32,000 bases of DNA from Methylophaga frappieri (GCF_000260965.1 NC_017856.1:2070001-2102000); one strand, 5' to 3'; counted from the first letter of the stretch, positions 8,231 to 17,325 are shown. The notes: generated from the letters alone by a model not told the origin. Numbers and translations: made by a program.

Positions 8231-9245
8231 GGTGAATCAAATTATCAATAAACTGTAATTTTTGTTTCACCACAGGTGAGATGACAAACGGATACGCGTC
8301 TGCGTTGCCGGTGCTACGATTTAAGGCATTCAAAATGGTGACCAATTGATACCACTCTGTCATCCACAAGGTGTCTCCGGCTTTTTTCTCTGGTTGACTA
8401 ATCAGGTCAAAGGCTAGCGCCGTTTCCAGTGTTTCCTGCATTAGTAAGTAATGTGCCCAAGTCTCGGCCCAGTCTTCAAGTGGATGCGCGCTGGCATAGG
8501 CGGAAATGAACGTGGTCTGCCAGTGTTGGGCAGGTCCATGTTGATAGTAATGATTTAATGCCGCGGAATACTCCTGATGCGGGTTGCCAAACAAGGTCTC
8601 AAATTCGCTGCTCTTTGCTGAGTCGCGAATCAACAGTAACCAGTAAAAATGACCAACTTCGTGCCGAAAATGGCCTAATAAGGTCCGATATGGTTCATTC
8701 ATCGCTTCCCGTGCTGCTTCCCGATAGCTGCCGTCGGCCTCGGCAGCATTCAAGGTAATCCGGCCATTCACATGGCCACTTAACACGTGCTCAAGTCCAA
8801 CATTTGGATTAGTTTGCTGATCTTCGAGAAATTCAAATATCAGTCGAGGTTCGGTGTCAAAAACAGGCAGTTTTAGTGACAATAAACCGTATAAAAGGCG
8901 CCGTTTGGCTGATTCCAACACCTGCCATCGACGTTGATTGATCAGCGTATTTTGATTCGGAATCAGCTGAGTTAATCGGCAACTGGCACACTGCTGGTTG
9001 CGTGAATTGAGCGGTATCAGCCAGTTACAATGAACAGGTGCCGTGTGAAGCTGGCATCGCTTAAAGTCACCTTGTTGTGTCGAAAATACGTCGTTTGACT
9101 TCGGTGTCAATGACAACAGTTGTCGCTGTTCAGGATCGAATCCCAGCAAACTGCCACAGCGATTACAGTGGCTGTTTTCAAAGAATATTTCCTGCCCACA
9201 TTGACAAAAAAACCGTTTCACTAAAAGGCATCCGGATAAAACCAC
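8217..9245 (-). CDS. Zn-ribbon plus HExxH zinc metallopeptidase family protein
   Basis: N-terminal CQCG...CNRCG zinc ribbon and further Cys pairs (CQLH..HCNW, CASC). RHEVGHFYW is an HExxH site, with downstream EDWAE. The start is GTG 9245, or GTG 9221 overlapping the alpha-E stop by 1 nt (TAGTG). The 3' end overlaps anbu by 14 bp. Confidence 0.7.
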   Translation of the reverse strand: MVLSGCLLVKRFFCQCGQEIFFENSHCNRCGSLLGFDPEQRQLLSLTPKSNDVFSTQQGDFKRCQLHTAPVHCNWLIPLNSRNQQCASCRLTQLIPNQNTLINQRRWQVLESAKRRLLYGLLSLKLPVFDTEPRLIFEFLEDQQTNPNVGLEHVLSGHVNGRITLNAAEADGSYREAAREAMNEPYRTLLGHFRHEVGHFYWLLLIRDSAKSSEFETLFGNPHQEYSAALNHYYQHGPAQHWQTTFISAYASAHPLEDWAETWAHYLLMQETLETALAFDLISQPEKKAGDTLWMTEWYQLVTILNALNRSTGNADAYPFVISPVVKQKLQFIDNLIHPTVR

Positions 9246-10156
9246 TGCTGATTAATAAGCCGGTTCAGATCGGCTAATTGCACCTGCAGGGTATCCATTT
9301 GTTGGTGAATGGTTTCGGCAGGAATATCACGACAATCCAGCTCATCGACAATTGCCAACAGAGCTTGCTGTCTGGCCAGTAAGGTGTCTGGTTCGGGTAA
9401 CGCCGACAGGGAGTGACCAACACTGGACAGGGAAAACGCCAGTGAACGCGGGAAGTGGGCATCATGCGTTAAAAAGTCCAAGACCTGCGCAGCGACAAGG
9501 TTGGAACCATATTGTTGAGTAAACATTTGCAATGCACTCAGTGAGCGCAGTAAATGGGTCCACAGCAGACCATCAAATGCCCGGACATCATCGCCACGAT
9601 TATCTTTTAGCAGCAAAGAGGCCATTTCCAGTATGCGACTGGTCATATCAGTACGCTCCAGATGTTTGGCTGTTTGCAAAAAATAATAAGCATGATTCCG
9701 ACTCATATGATTGGCAATAATGCCCCAGATAGTCTGACACCGTTCCATGATGGCGACCAGCAAGTGTTGACGGCGTCGCCGGTTATATAAAGCCGGCAGT
9801 TCAGTTTTAACCTGCAAATACAGTTCATTTACCTGTTCCCAGGTTTCTTCAGGTAATAAGTCTAATGAGGTACGGGCATTTTCACGAAGTGCAGACAAGG
9901 CATTGATTAAGGCCATGGGATTATCGGTATCGGCCAGCAAAAAATGCATGACGTTATTTTCATTAATTTTGGGATGGCGGGCGTGATAAAAAGCATCGCC
10001 ATCAAACAGACTGACCAGCGTAAACCAACCTATTTCCGCTTCACGCGGTAAATCCATCATCAGCCCAGTGTGCACGTTAATAAGTCGGGTCGTGTTTTCT
10101 ACCCGTTCCAAGTATCGGGCTAACCAGTAAACGCGTTCTGCTGCTCGCGATAGCAT
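9221..10156 (-). CDS. Alpha-E domain protein (partner of circularly permuted ATP-grasp enzymes)
   Basis: The N-terminus MLSRAAERVYWLARYLERVENTTRLINV is the characteristic alpha-E opening. The protein is all-helical and ~310 aa. Its start shares 1 nt with the ATP-grasp stop (TGATG, 10154-10158). Confidence 0.8.
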   Translation of the reverse strand: MLSRAAERVYWLARYLERVENTTRLINVHTGLMMDLPREAEIGWFTLVSLFDGDAFYHARHPKINENNVMHFLLADTDNPMALINALSALRENARTSLDLLPEETWEQVNELYLQVKTELPALYNRRRRQHLLVAIMERCQTIWGIIANHMSRNHAYYFLQTAKHLERTDMTSRILEMASLLLKDNRGDDVRAFDGLLWTHLLRSLSALQMFTQQYGSNLVAAQVLDFLTHDAHFPRSLAFSLSSVGHSLSALPEPDTLLARQQALLAIVDELDCRDIPAETIHQQMDTLQVQLADLNRLINQQWFYPDAF

Positions 10157-11619
10157 CAGTCATGCCCTCCTGAAATCGGGCTATCATCAATTATCCAGGT
10201 ATCTTTACTGCCGCCACCTTGAGAAGAATTGACCACCAGTGAGCCTTCGACTAGAGCCACCCGGGTCAGACCACCGGGGGTGACGTAGTGGTTTTTACCG
10301 GAAAGAATAAAAGGCCTTAAATCGACGTGGCGGGGCGCAACTTTATCACCACAAAAAGTCGGTGAAACAGACAGTTTCAAGGTGGGTTGGGCAATGTAAT
10401 TGGTTGGATTATCGACAATTAATTGCCGAAACTCAGCAATTTTATCAGCACTGCTGTGTGGGCCAACCAGCATGCCATACCCCCCAGACTCGTTGGCGGG
10501 TTTGACAACCAGTTCCGGCAGATTAGCTAATACATGTTCCAGATCGCTGGCGTTACTACACAGCCAGGTAGGCACATTTGGCAAGATCGGGGGCTCGTTG
10601 AGGTAGTAGCGGATCATGTCCGGCACGTACGCATAAATCACTTTATCATCAGCAACGCCACAGCCCGGTGCGTTGGCAATAGCCACCTTGCCATCGCGCC
10701 AGGCCTGCATAATGCCGGGGATGCCCAAGGTGGAATCCGCACGAAAAACCTGTGGATCAATAAAGTCGTCATCAATTCGTCGATAAATGACATCAACCCG
10801 CTCCAGGCCGTGGATGGTTTTCATATAAACAAAGCCATCCTGACCCACGATCAGATCGGCGCCCTCAAGCAGAATCAGCCCCGCTTGTTGGGCGAGCGCA
10901 GCATGTTCGAAATAAGCTGAATTGAAAATGCCGGGCGTTAATAACGCCATGGTCGGATTCGCTAAATCGGGTCGCAGCGAGCGCAGCATACTGGCGAGTT
11001 GGGCGGGATAATCATTGACCGGGCTGATATTCAGGCGTTTAAACAGTTCCGGCAGTACCCGTTTGGTCGTTTTACGGTTTTCCAACATGTAAGCCACACC
11101 GGAAGGGACGCGCAGGTTATCCTCAAGAACATAAAGTGTTCCGGTATCATCACGAACCAGATCGGATCCGCAAATATGAGCCCACACGCCATAAGCTGGC
11201 TTCATCCCTTGGCATTCTGGCCGGTAACCTTTGGATTTGAAAACGGTCTCCGCGGGTATGACGCCATCACGAATGATGTGTTGCTCGTTATAGATATCAT
11301 CGATGAACCGGTTTAAAGCACGAATACGTTGCACGAGCCCCTTTTCGGTGCAGTCCCATTCCTGTTTGGACAACACCCGCGGAATAATATCGAACGGCCA
11401 GGCGCGATCAATATTGCCGGCATCAGAGTAAATGGTAAAGGTGATGCCACGTTCCAATATTTCGATTTCAGACTCGGCCACACGCTGTCTGAACGCCTCA
11501 TTTTTCATGGATCGCAAATGATCCAACAAACGATAACTAAAAGTTCTAGGCTGGTGTCCATCGACCATTAATTCATCATGAAAATGACCCGGATCGTAGT
11601 GTTGCCATAAATTAACCAT
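10156..11619 (-). CDS. Circularly permuted type-2 ATP-grasp protein (predicted amidoligase/peptide ligase)
   Basis: 487 aa. ITFTIYSD..DRAWPFDIIPRVLSKQEWDCTEKGLVQRIRALNRFIDDIYNEQ is the conserved N-terminal block of this family. First gene of a 3-gene coupled operon. Confidence 0.8.
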   Translation of the reverse strand: MVNLWQHYDPGHFHDELMVDGHQPRTFSYRLLDHLRSMKNEAFRQRVAESEIEILERGITFTIYSDAGNIDRAWPFDIIPRVLSKQEWDCTEKGLVQRIRALNRFIDDIYNEQHIIRDGVIPAETVFKSKGYRPECQGMKPAYGVWAHICGSDLVRDDTGTLYVLEDNLRVPSGVAYMLENRKTTKRVLPELFKRLNISPVNDYPAQLASMLRSLRPDLANPTMALLTPGIFNSAYFEHAALAQQAGLILLEGADLIVGQDGFVYMKTIHGLERVDVIYRRIDDDFIDPQVFRADSTLGIPGIMQAWRDGKVAIANAPGCGVADDKVIYAYVPDMIRYYLNEPPILPNVPTWLCSNASDLEHVLANLPELVVKPANESGGYGMLVGPHSSADKIAEFRQLIVDNPTNYIAQPTLKLSVSPTFCGDKVAPRHVDLRPFILSGKNHYVTPGGLTRVALVEGSLVVNSSQGGGSKDTWIIDDSPISGGHD

Positions 11620-11698
11620 ACCTGCGCTCTCTGATATGCCTGATTGACAGGCATTAAGTCTGCAAGTCTTATGCCTTTATCCAAAAAGGCCGGCGGCG

Positions 11699-13495
11699 CT
11701 AGCTGGTGATAGTCATTAACACTTCACCCGGGGTGACACGATCGCCTTTGGCAACATTGATTTCACTGATAGTGCCATCAATTTTGGCCAGTAATTCGGT
11801 TTCCATTTTCATGGCTTCAATCACCATCAATGCCTGACCACTTGTGACCTTATCACCAGTGTTAACCAATACATCGACAACATTGCCCGGTAATGGTGGG
11901 CTGACATGCCCAGGCTCAGTGGCTTTTTGTCTACCACCCCCACCTTGATTGACATATTCATTCAAGGCTTCAAACGTCACTTCCTCAGGCATGCCGTCCA
12001 ATGACAAATAGACTTTGCGCTTGCCGCCACCGACATCACCAACCCCGGTAATGGCAATCTCGTAGGTTTCACCATGCACATCAACTTTGAACTCGGTGGC
12101 CACCGCCTCATTCTGACGAACCGTGTTTTCGCTTGCCGGCAGCAGTGGCTCCGGTTTCAAAGTGCCCTCTTTGCGTTGCTGTAAAAACTCACGGCCTAAG
12201 TCGGGAAACATGGCATAGGTCAGTACATCTTCTTCACAACTGGCCAGATCCCCAATTTCCGCTCGTAACTTGGTTAATTCTGGCACCAGTAAATCTGCCG
12301 GACGACAATCCATCACCTCACCGTTGCCAATAGCACGTTTTTGTAAGTCGGCATTGACCTTGGCGGGCGGTTGCCCGTAACCACCAGACAGATAACGCTT
12401 CACTTCATTGGTAATGGTCTTATATCGCTCGCCAGCCAAGACGTTGTAAACCGCCTGCGTACCCACAATTTGCGATGTCGGTGTCACTAGTGGCGGGTAA
12501 CCCAGATCTTCACGCACCCGGGGAATTTCGTCGAAAACATCACGGATACGGTCCAAGGCATTCTGTTCTTTGAGTTGATTGGCCAGATTGGACATCATGC
12601 CGCCTGGCACTTGACTGACCTGAACCATAACGTCTTCACGGGTAAATTCGCTTTCAAATTGATGGTATTTTTTGCGAACGTCGCGAAAATAGTCGGCAAT
12701 TTCAGTTAACAGGTGCAAATCGAGACCGGTATCCCACGGCGTCCCACGCAACATCGCAACTTGGGCTTCAGTGGCCGGGTGGCTGGTGCCATTGGCAAAA
12801 GAAGATATAGCCGTATCAATACGGTCGACCCCCGCTTCAATGGCTTTTATCTGACACTGTGCTGCCAGGCCTGACGTTGCATGGCTATGAATCACCAGTG
12901 GCAAGTCGACCTCTGCCTTAATCGCTTTGACCAAATCATAGGTTGGGTATGGGGCCAGCAAACCCGCCATATCTTTAATCGCAATCGAATCGGCGCCCAT
13001 CTCGCGCAGAGATTTGGCCAGGCTAACAAACCGCTCTGGTGTATGAACCGGGCTGGTGGTATAGCTCAGCGTGCCTTGTGCATGTTTGCCGCTGTCCTTG
13101 ACGGCTGACATGGCGGTTTCAAGGTTTCGAAGATCATTGAGCGCATCAAATACCCGGAATACATCAATGCCATTTTCAGCGGCTTTGCCAACAAAAGCGC
13201 GCACAACATCATCTGCATAATGTCGATAACCGAGCAGGTTCTGACCTCGCAATAGCATTTGCAGGCGGGTATTAGGCAACGCTTGACGAAGATCACGTAA
13301 CCGTTGCCACGGATCTTCTTTTAAAAAGCGAACACAGGCATCAAAGGTGGCACCACCCCAGACTTCTAAGGACCAGTAGCCGACCTTATCCAATTTGTCG
13401 CAGATAGGCAGCATGTCTTCAGTTCGCATACGGGTGGCAATAAGAGACTGATGCGCATCCCGCAAAATAACATCGGTGACTTCAATTTTTTTCAT
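11699..13495 (-). CDS. pycB: Pyruvate carboxylase subunit B (carboxyltransferase plus biotinyl carrier domain; oxaloacetate-decarboxylase-alpha-like)
   Basis: MKKIEVTDVILRDAHQS TIM-barrel carboxyltransferase opening; C-terminal EAMKMETEL biotinylation motif. I prefer ATG 13495 (MKKIEV) to the track start at 13528, which would overlap pycA. Confidence 0.85.
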   Translation of the reverse strand: MKKIEVTDVILRDAHQSLIATRMRTEDMLPICDKLDKVGYWSLEVWGGATFDACVRFLKEDPWQRLRDLRQALPNTRLQMLLRGQNLLGYRHYADDVVRAFVGKAAENGIDVFRVFDALNDLRNLETAMSAVKDSGKHAQGTLSYTTSPVHTPERFVSLAKSLREMGADSIAIKDMAGLLAPYPTYDLVKAIKAEVDLPLVIHSHATSGLAAQCQIKAIEAGVDRIDTAISSFANGTSHPATEAQVAMLRGTPWDTGLDLHLLTEIADYFRDVRKKYHQFESEFTREDVMVQVSQVPGGMMSNLANQLKEQNALDRIRDVFDEIPRVREDLGYPPLVTPTSQIVGTQAVYNVLAGERYKTITNEVKRYLSGGYGQPPAKVNADLQKRAIGNGEVMDCRPADLLVPELTKLRAEIGDLASCEEDVLTYAMFPDLGREFLQQRKEGTLKPEPLLPASENTVRQNEAVATEFKVDVHGETYEIAITGVGDVGGGKRKVYLSLDGMPEEVTFEALNEYVNQGGGGRQKATEPGHVSPPLPGNVVDVLVNTGDKVTSGQALMVIEAMKMETELLAKIDGTISEINVAKGDRVTPGEVLMTITS

Positions 13496-13524
13496 GACAA
13501 GTTCTCTCTGGATTATGGGGGCAA

Positions 13525-14940
13525 TCACCAGCCAGCATGGGCAGCCAGTGCGGTGGCAATGGCAAGTGCCACCGCACTGGGATGACGTTTTTCAGAATAA
13601 TTCAACAGTTCCGGATGACCGGCGACGAAGCTGGTATCAAAGTGGCCCTGACGAAAATCCGGGTGATTTAGAATTTGTTGGTAATAGGTGGCCGTGGTTT
13701 TAATCCCATGCAGACGCATATCGTCGAGTGCGCGCTGGCCACGATCAACTGCATCTTCCCAATTGAGTGCCCAGACGACGAGTTTTAAGCACATGGAATC
13801 AAAATGCGGGGGAATCTGATACCCCGTGTAGATCGCCGTATCAATCCGAACACCGGGCCCGCCAGGCGCATAGTAGTGAGTAATACGCCCGAAACTCGGT
13901 AAAAAGTCATTCTTAGGATCTTCGGCATTGATACGAAACTGCAATGCAAAGCCACGATATTGAATATCTTGCTGGCGATAACTCAAGGATAGACCACTGG
14001 CAATACGAAGCTGTTCACGAACAATATCGACGCCGGTAATTTGTTCGGTAATGGTATGTTCGACTTGAATGCGGGTATTCATTTCCATGAAATACACCTG
14101 ATTACCGGTCAGTAAAAACTCGACCGTGCCGGCATTTTCGTAACCGACGGCCTTTGCTGCTTTGACCGCTAACTCGCCAACGTAGTCGCGTTGTTCAGGC
14201 GTTAATTGTGGACTGGGCGCAATTTCAATCAGTTTTTGGTTGCGTCGCTGAATCGAACAGTCCCGCTCATAAAGGTGAATCACATTGCCCTGTGAGTCCG
14301 CCAAGATTTGGACCTCGATGTGACGCGGGTTCACGATACATTTTTCAAGAAAGACATCGGCGCTGCCGAATGCTTTGGTTGCTTCGGAAATGACCCGGGG
14401 AAATTGTTGTCGCAATTCTGCTTCCGAATCACATCGCCGAATACCACGGCCACCACCACCAGACGTCGCTTTAATCATCACGGGGTAACCGATTTCGGTT
14501 GCCAAGGCGATGGCCTCATCCAGATTGGCAAGATTGCCATCAGAGCCAGGCGTAATGGGAACCCCGGCAGCACGCATACTATCGCGCGCTGCAGTTTTAT
14601 CGCCCATTTGTTGAATAACGGATGATTTTGGTCCGATAAATGTCACGCCATATTGTTCGCACAATTCAGCGAAACGGGCATTTTCAGACAAAAAACCATA
14701 GCCAGGGTGAATCGCATCACAGCCAGTTTGCAGTGCGAGATTAACAATCCGTAACGGATCCAAGTAACCAGCGACGGGATCATCCCCTAACGAGTGGGCT
14801 TCATCGGCACGTTTAACATGCAGACTGTATTTATCTGCATCGGTATAAACCGCAACCGAACGAATGCCCATCTCGGCACAGGCACGAATGATACGGACTG
14901 CAATTTCACCGCGATTGGCAATCAAGACTTTTTTCAGCAT
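13525..14940 (-). CDS. pycA: Pyruvate carboxylase subunit A (biotin carboxylase)
   Basis: MLKKVLIANRGEIAVRIIRA..., GYGFLSEN, KATSGGGGRGIR, EMNTRIQVEH are biotin carboxylase signatures. ATG 14940 is preceded by AGGAGC; the track start at 14964 adds 8 unlikely residues. Confidence 0.85.
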   Translation of the reverse strand: MLKKVLIANRGEIAVRIIRACAEMGIRSVAVYTDADKYSLHVKRADEAHSLGDDPVAGYLDPLRIVNLALQTGCDAIHPGYGFLSENARFAELCEQYGVTFIGPKSSVIQQMGDKTAARDSMRAAGVPITPGSDGNLANLDEAIALATEIGYPVMIKATSGGGGRGIRRCDSEAELRQQFPRVISEATKAFGSADVFLEKCIVNPRHIEVQILADSQGNVIHLYERDCSIQRRNQKLIEIAPSPQLTPEQRDYVGELAVKAAKAVGYENAGTVEFLLTGNQVYFMEMNTRIQVEHTITEQITGVDIVREQLRIASGLSLSYRQQDIQYRGFALQFRINAEDPKNDFLPSFGRITHYYAPGGPGVRIDTAIYTGYQIPPHFDSMCLKLVVWALNWEDAVDRGQRALDDMRLHGIKTTATYYQQILNHPDFRQGHFDTSFVAGHPELLNYSEKRHPSAVALAIATALAAHAGW

Positions 14941-14994
14941 GACGAGCTCCTGAACGAATGACAAAAGCGTAAATCAGTCTCGATATAATTAAAA

Positions 14995-15036
14995 ATTGAT
15001 AAAATTTTGTTTAATGATAAGTTATAAATTATCAAT
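14995..15036. promoter_or_regulatory. LysR-type operator candidates in the pycA / LysR divergent intergenic region
   Basis: ATTGATAA (14995-15002) and TTATCAAT (15029-15036) form a perfect 8-bp inverted repeat. An inner TGATAA (15015-15020) - N8 - TTATCA (15029-15034) dyad resembles the T-N11-A LysR box. The region is AT-rich. Confidence 0.4.
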
Positions 15037-15051
15037 AAGAGAGAAGTGTCG

Positions 15052-16020
15052 ATGTCACTTAATTTACAACAATTACTTAACCGGCTGACATTCCGGCAAT
15101 TACAGGTTTTCCATGCGGTTTATCATCACCGTGGCTATCGACGTGCCTCAGAGGCGCTTGGCCTGACCCAGCCCGCGGTTAGTTCACAAATCCGCAAGCT
15201 TGAAGAAGCGGTTGAAGCCCCGCTTTTCGAATATGTGGGGCGTAAACTCTATTCGACCCCCGCTGGCGAAAAGCTGGCAGAAACAGTGCGAGGTCTGTTT
15301 GAGCAGCTCGGTAATTTGCAAAGCGAATTACAAGCGCTGCGCGGTCAACTAGCGGGCGAATTAAATTTGTGTTTGGTTAATACGGCACAATATGTTGTCC
15401 CGCACATCCTAAAAGGATTTTTACAATTGTACCCGGGCGTTCGTGCCTCACTACGGGTGGTTAATCGTGCCGGTGCCATTGAGGGATTGACGAGAAATCG
15501 TGATGATCTGGTCATCATGGGGCTGGTGCCGACAGATAAGCCCTTGAGTATTTTACCGTTTTTGGATAATGCCTTAATCCCGGTCATGGGGGCGGATTAC
15601 CCGTTGGATAGCCGCAAGCCCATTAGTTTGCGACAGTTTGTCCAGCAGCCACTATTAATGCGCGAAGCAGGGTCAGGTAGCCGGTTGGCATTAGAACAAT
15701 ATTGCCAACAGCGGCATTTAACGGCGCGACCAATGATGGAAATGGGATCCATCGAAACCTTAAAGCAGGGCGTGATGGCCGGTCTTGGCGTTGCGGTAGT
15801 CCCCCAACTAAGCGTGGTGGCGGAGCTGCAAAGCGGTTTGCTCAGACCAATTCCGATCAAGGATTTTAATTTACGGCGTAGTTGGTGTTTGGTGCACCCA
15901 AAAGGAAAGCATCTCAGCCCGGTGGCGCAAGCATTTTATGATTATGTACAGCAAAATCTGGCAGACATAAGCCAGCAGTTTGATCACTTCGATATCGGTA
16001 AACTGGCCGAAACCGCTTAA
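15052..16020 (+). CDS. LysR-family transcriptional regulator, divergent from pycAB
   Basis: N-terminal wHTH (FRQLQVFHAVYHHRGYRRASEALGLTQPAVSSQIRKLEE) plus a LysR substrate-binding domain. ATG 15052 is preferred to GTG 15046. Confidence 0.85.
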   Translation: MSLNLQQLLNRLTFRQLQVFHAVYHHRGYRRASEALGLTQPAVSSQIRKLEEAVEAPLFEYVGRKLYSTPAGEKLAETVRGLFEQLGNLQSELQALRGQLAGELNLCLVNTAQYVVPHILKGFLQLYPGVRASLRVVNRAGAIEGLTRNRDDLVIMGLVPTDKPLSILPFLDNALIPVMGADYPLDSRKPISLRQFVQQPLLMREAGSGSRLALEQYCQQRHLTARPMMEMGSIETLKQGVMAGLGVAVVPQLSVVAELQSGLLRPIPIKDFNLRRSWCLVHPKGKHLSPVAQAFYDYVQQNLADISQQFDHFDIGKLAETA

Positions 16021-17312
16021 CTCTCTTCGGATGGCTTTTGCAGTAATCGAACTCGGTAGGCCCGGCCAAGCAGCCAGCCGGTGAATGCCCAGACAGCCGC
16101 CAGCACACTGCCCAGCAACATCGCAACACTGGGATTTTCCGCCAGCAAATCGATGCCCCGCTTTACCCAGCCACTGATCGCGTCGCCACCTCGGTAGACA
16201 ACCGTATCAATGAAGTTTTTGGCTTTATACTTGTCCGCATCAGGAACAGCGGTATACAGCATTTCGCGGCCGGGTCTGACCAGCGCATATTCACCAAAAC
16301 GGCGCGCCACCATGACCACCGCCAAAATGGCAAATACCGGTGCGAAAGCCAGCCACAAAAAACCAAATGCGACTATGATGGGCACAGCAACCAGCAGCAC
16401 CGTCACACCAAAGCGGCGTGCCAGATGCCCCGTTATCAGCAGCTGAGTGATAATGGCCAATGTCTGTACAACGGTATCGATAACACCGAACACCTGTGTT
16501 TGCTGAACGGGATCAGGAAACCTCTCAGCAACCAGTCTGGCTTGCTCGAAATACAGGAAGGTACTGACACTCGCCAGTAGCAGGACAAACACAATAATAC
16601 CCAGCAAAAAAGGCGATTTGAACGCATGGCCAGCGCCTGAAAACGGATTGCCGCCAAGCGGGTTTTTGCCTTGCTGATCGGCATTGATTTGATAGATCTC
16701 GGCTAGCGGGTGACGATCTCGCCAGCGTCGCAACCAGATTGCTGAGGCAGCGCTGGCGAGCAACAATCCGGCGCTGATTAACACGAGACCGCTATGGCCA
16801 AGTGGCGTGACCAGCAAAATGCCAAGAACAGGCCCGGTTAAACCGCCAAGACTGGCCCCACCTGCAATCATCGCAAACAGTCGTTTGGCTTCATCGGGGT
16901 TAAATATATCGGCCAGAATGCTCCAGGCCAGCGAAATGGCCATTAAATTAAATACGGATAGCCAGATATAAAAACTTCGCGCTGCCCAGACGGGGCTCTC
17001 CTGCCCTTGAAACAGCACTGCAAAAGCGACCAGATTCAACGCAAAAAAGCCATACAACCAAGGCAGAATTTGTCTTCTGGGAACTCGCGAAGCCAACCAG
17101 CCAAAACAGGGTAAGGCAGCAAGTGTCGCTAAAAACGTCCCCGTGAATAACCATTGCAAGTTATCAACGCCACCGGCAATACCCATTGTTTCACGTACCG
17201 GACGTAATAAAAAATAGCCGGTAAATAGCAGGAAAAACATCAGAATACCGACTAGAACGGCGGGTAGCTCCTGCGCGTCAACGTTAAAAAACTGACTCAG
17301 TTTAGTTTGCAA
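16017..17312 (-). CDS. 12-TM MFS-type transporter, possibly of the ATP/ADP-translocase-like (TLC/NTT-like) branch
   Basis: Polytopic hydrophobic protein whose N-terminus FFLLFTGYFLLRPVRETMG resembles the opening of nucleotide-transporter-like MFS proteins. That assignment is from memory and unverified. Apparent TTG start at 17312, 13 nt after the AKR stop. Confidence 0.6.
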   Translation of the reverse strand: MQTKLSQFFNVDAQELPAVLVGILMFFLLFTGYFLLRPVRETMGIAGGVDNLQWLFTGTFLATLAALPCFGWLASRVPRRQILPWLYGFFALNLVAFAVLFQGQESPVWAARSFYIWLSVFNLMAISLAWSILADIFNPDEAKRLFAMIAGGASLGGLTGPVLGILLVTPLGHSGLVLISAGLLLASAASAIWLRRWRDRHPLAEIYQINADQQGKNPLGGNPFSGAGHAFKSPFLLGIIVFVLLLASVSTFLYFEQARLVAERFPDPVQQTQVFGVIDTVVQTLAIITQLLITGHLARRFGVTVLLVAVPIIVAFGFLWLAFAPVFAILAVVMVARRFGEYALVRPGREMLYTAVPDADKYKAKNFIDTVVYRGGDAISGWVKRGIDLLAENPSVAMLLGSVLAAVWAFTGWLLGRAYRVRLLQKPSEES

Positions 17313-17325
17313 AATGCGTCACCCA

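Noticed and set aside
10534-10920. 128-aa and neighbouring ORFs (10400-10606, 10999-11316, 11329-11571) antisense to the ATP-grasp gene
   Set aside because: These are shadows of a long conserved gene. I considered whether one might encode the missing tag peptide of the ligase system, but none has a start context or SD sequence, and all lie antisense within coding sequence.
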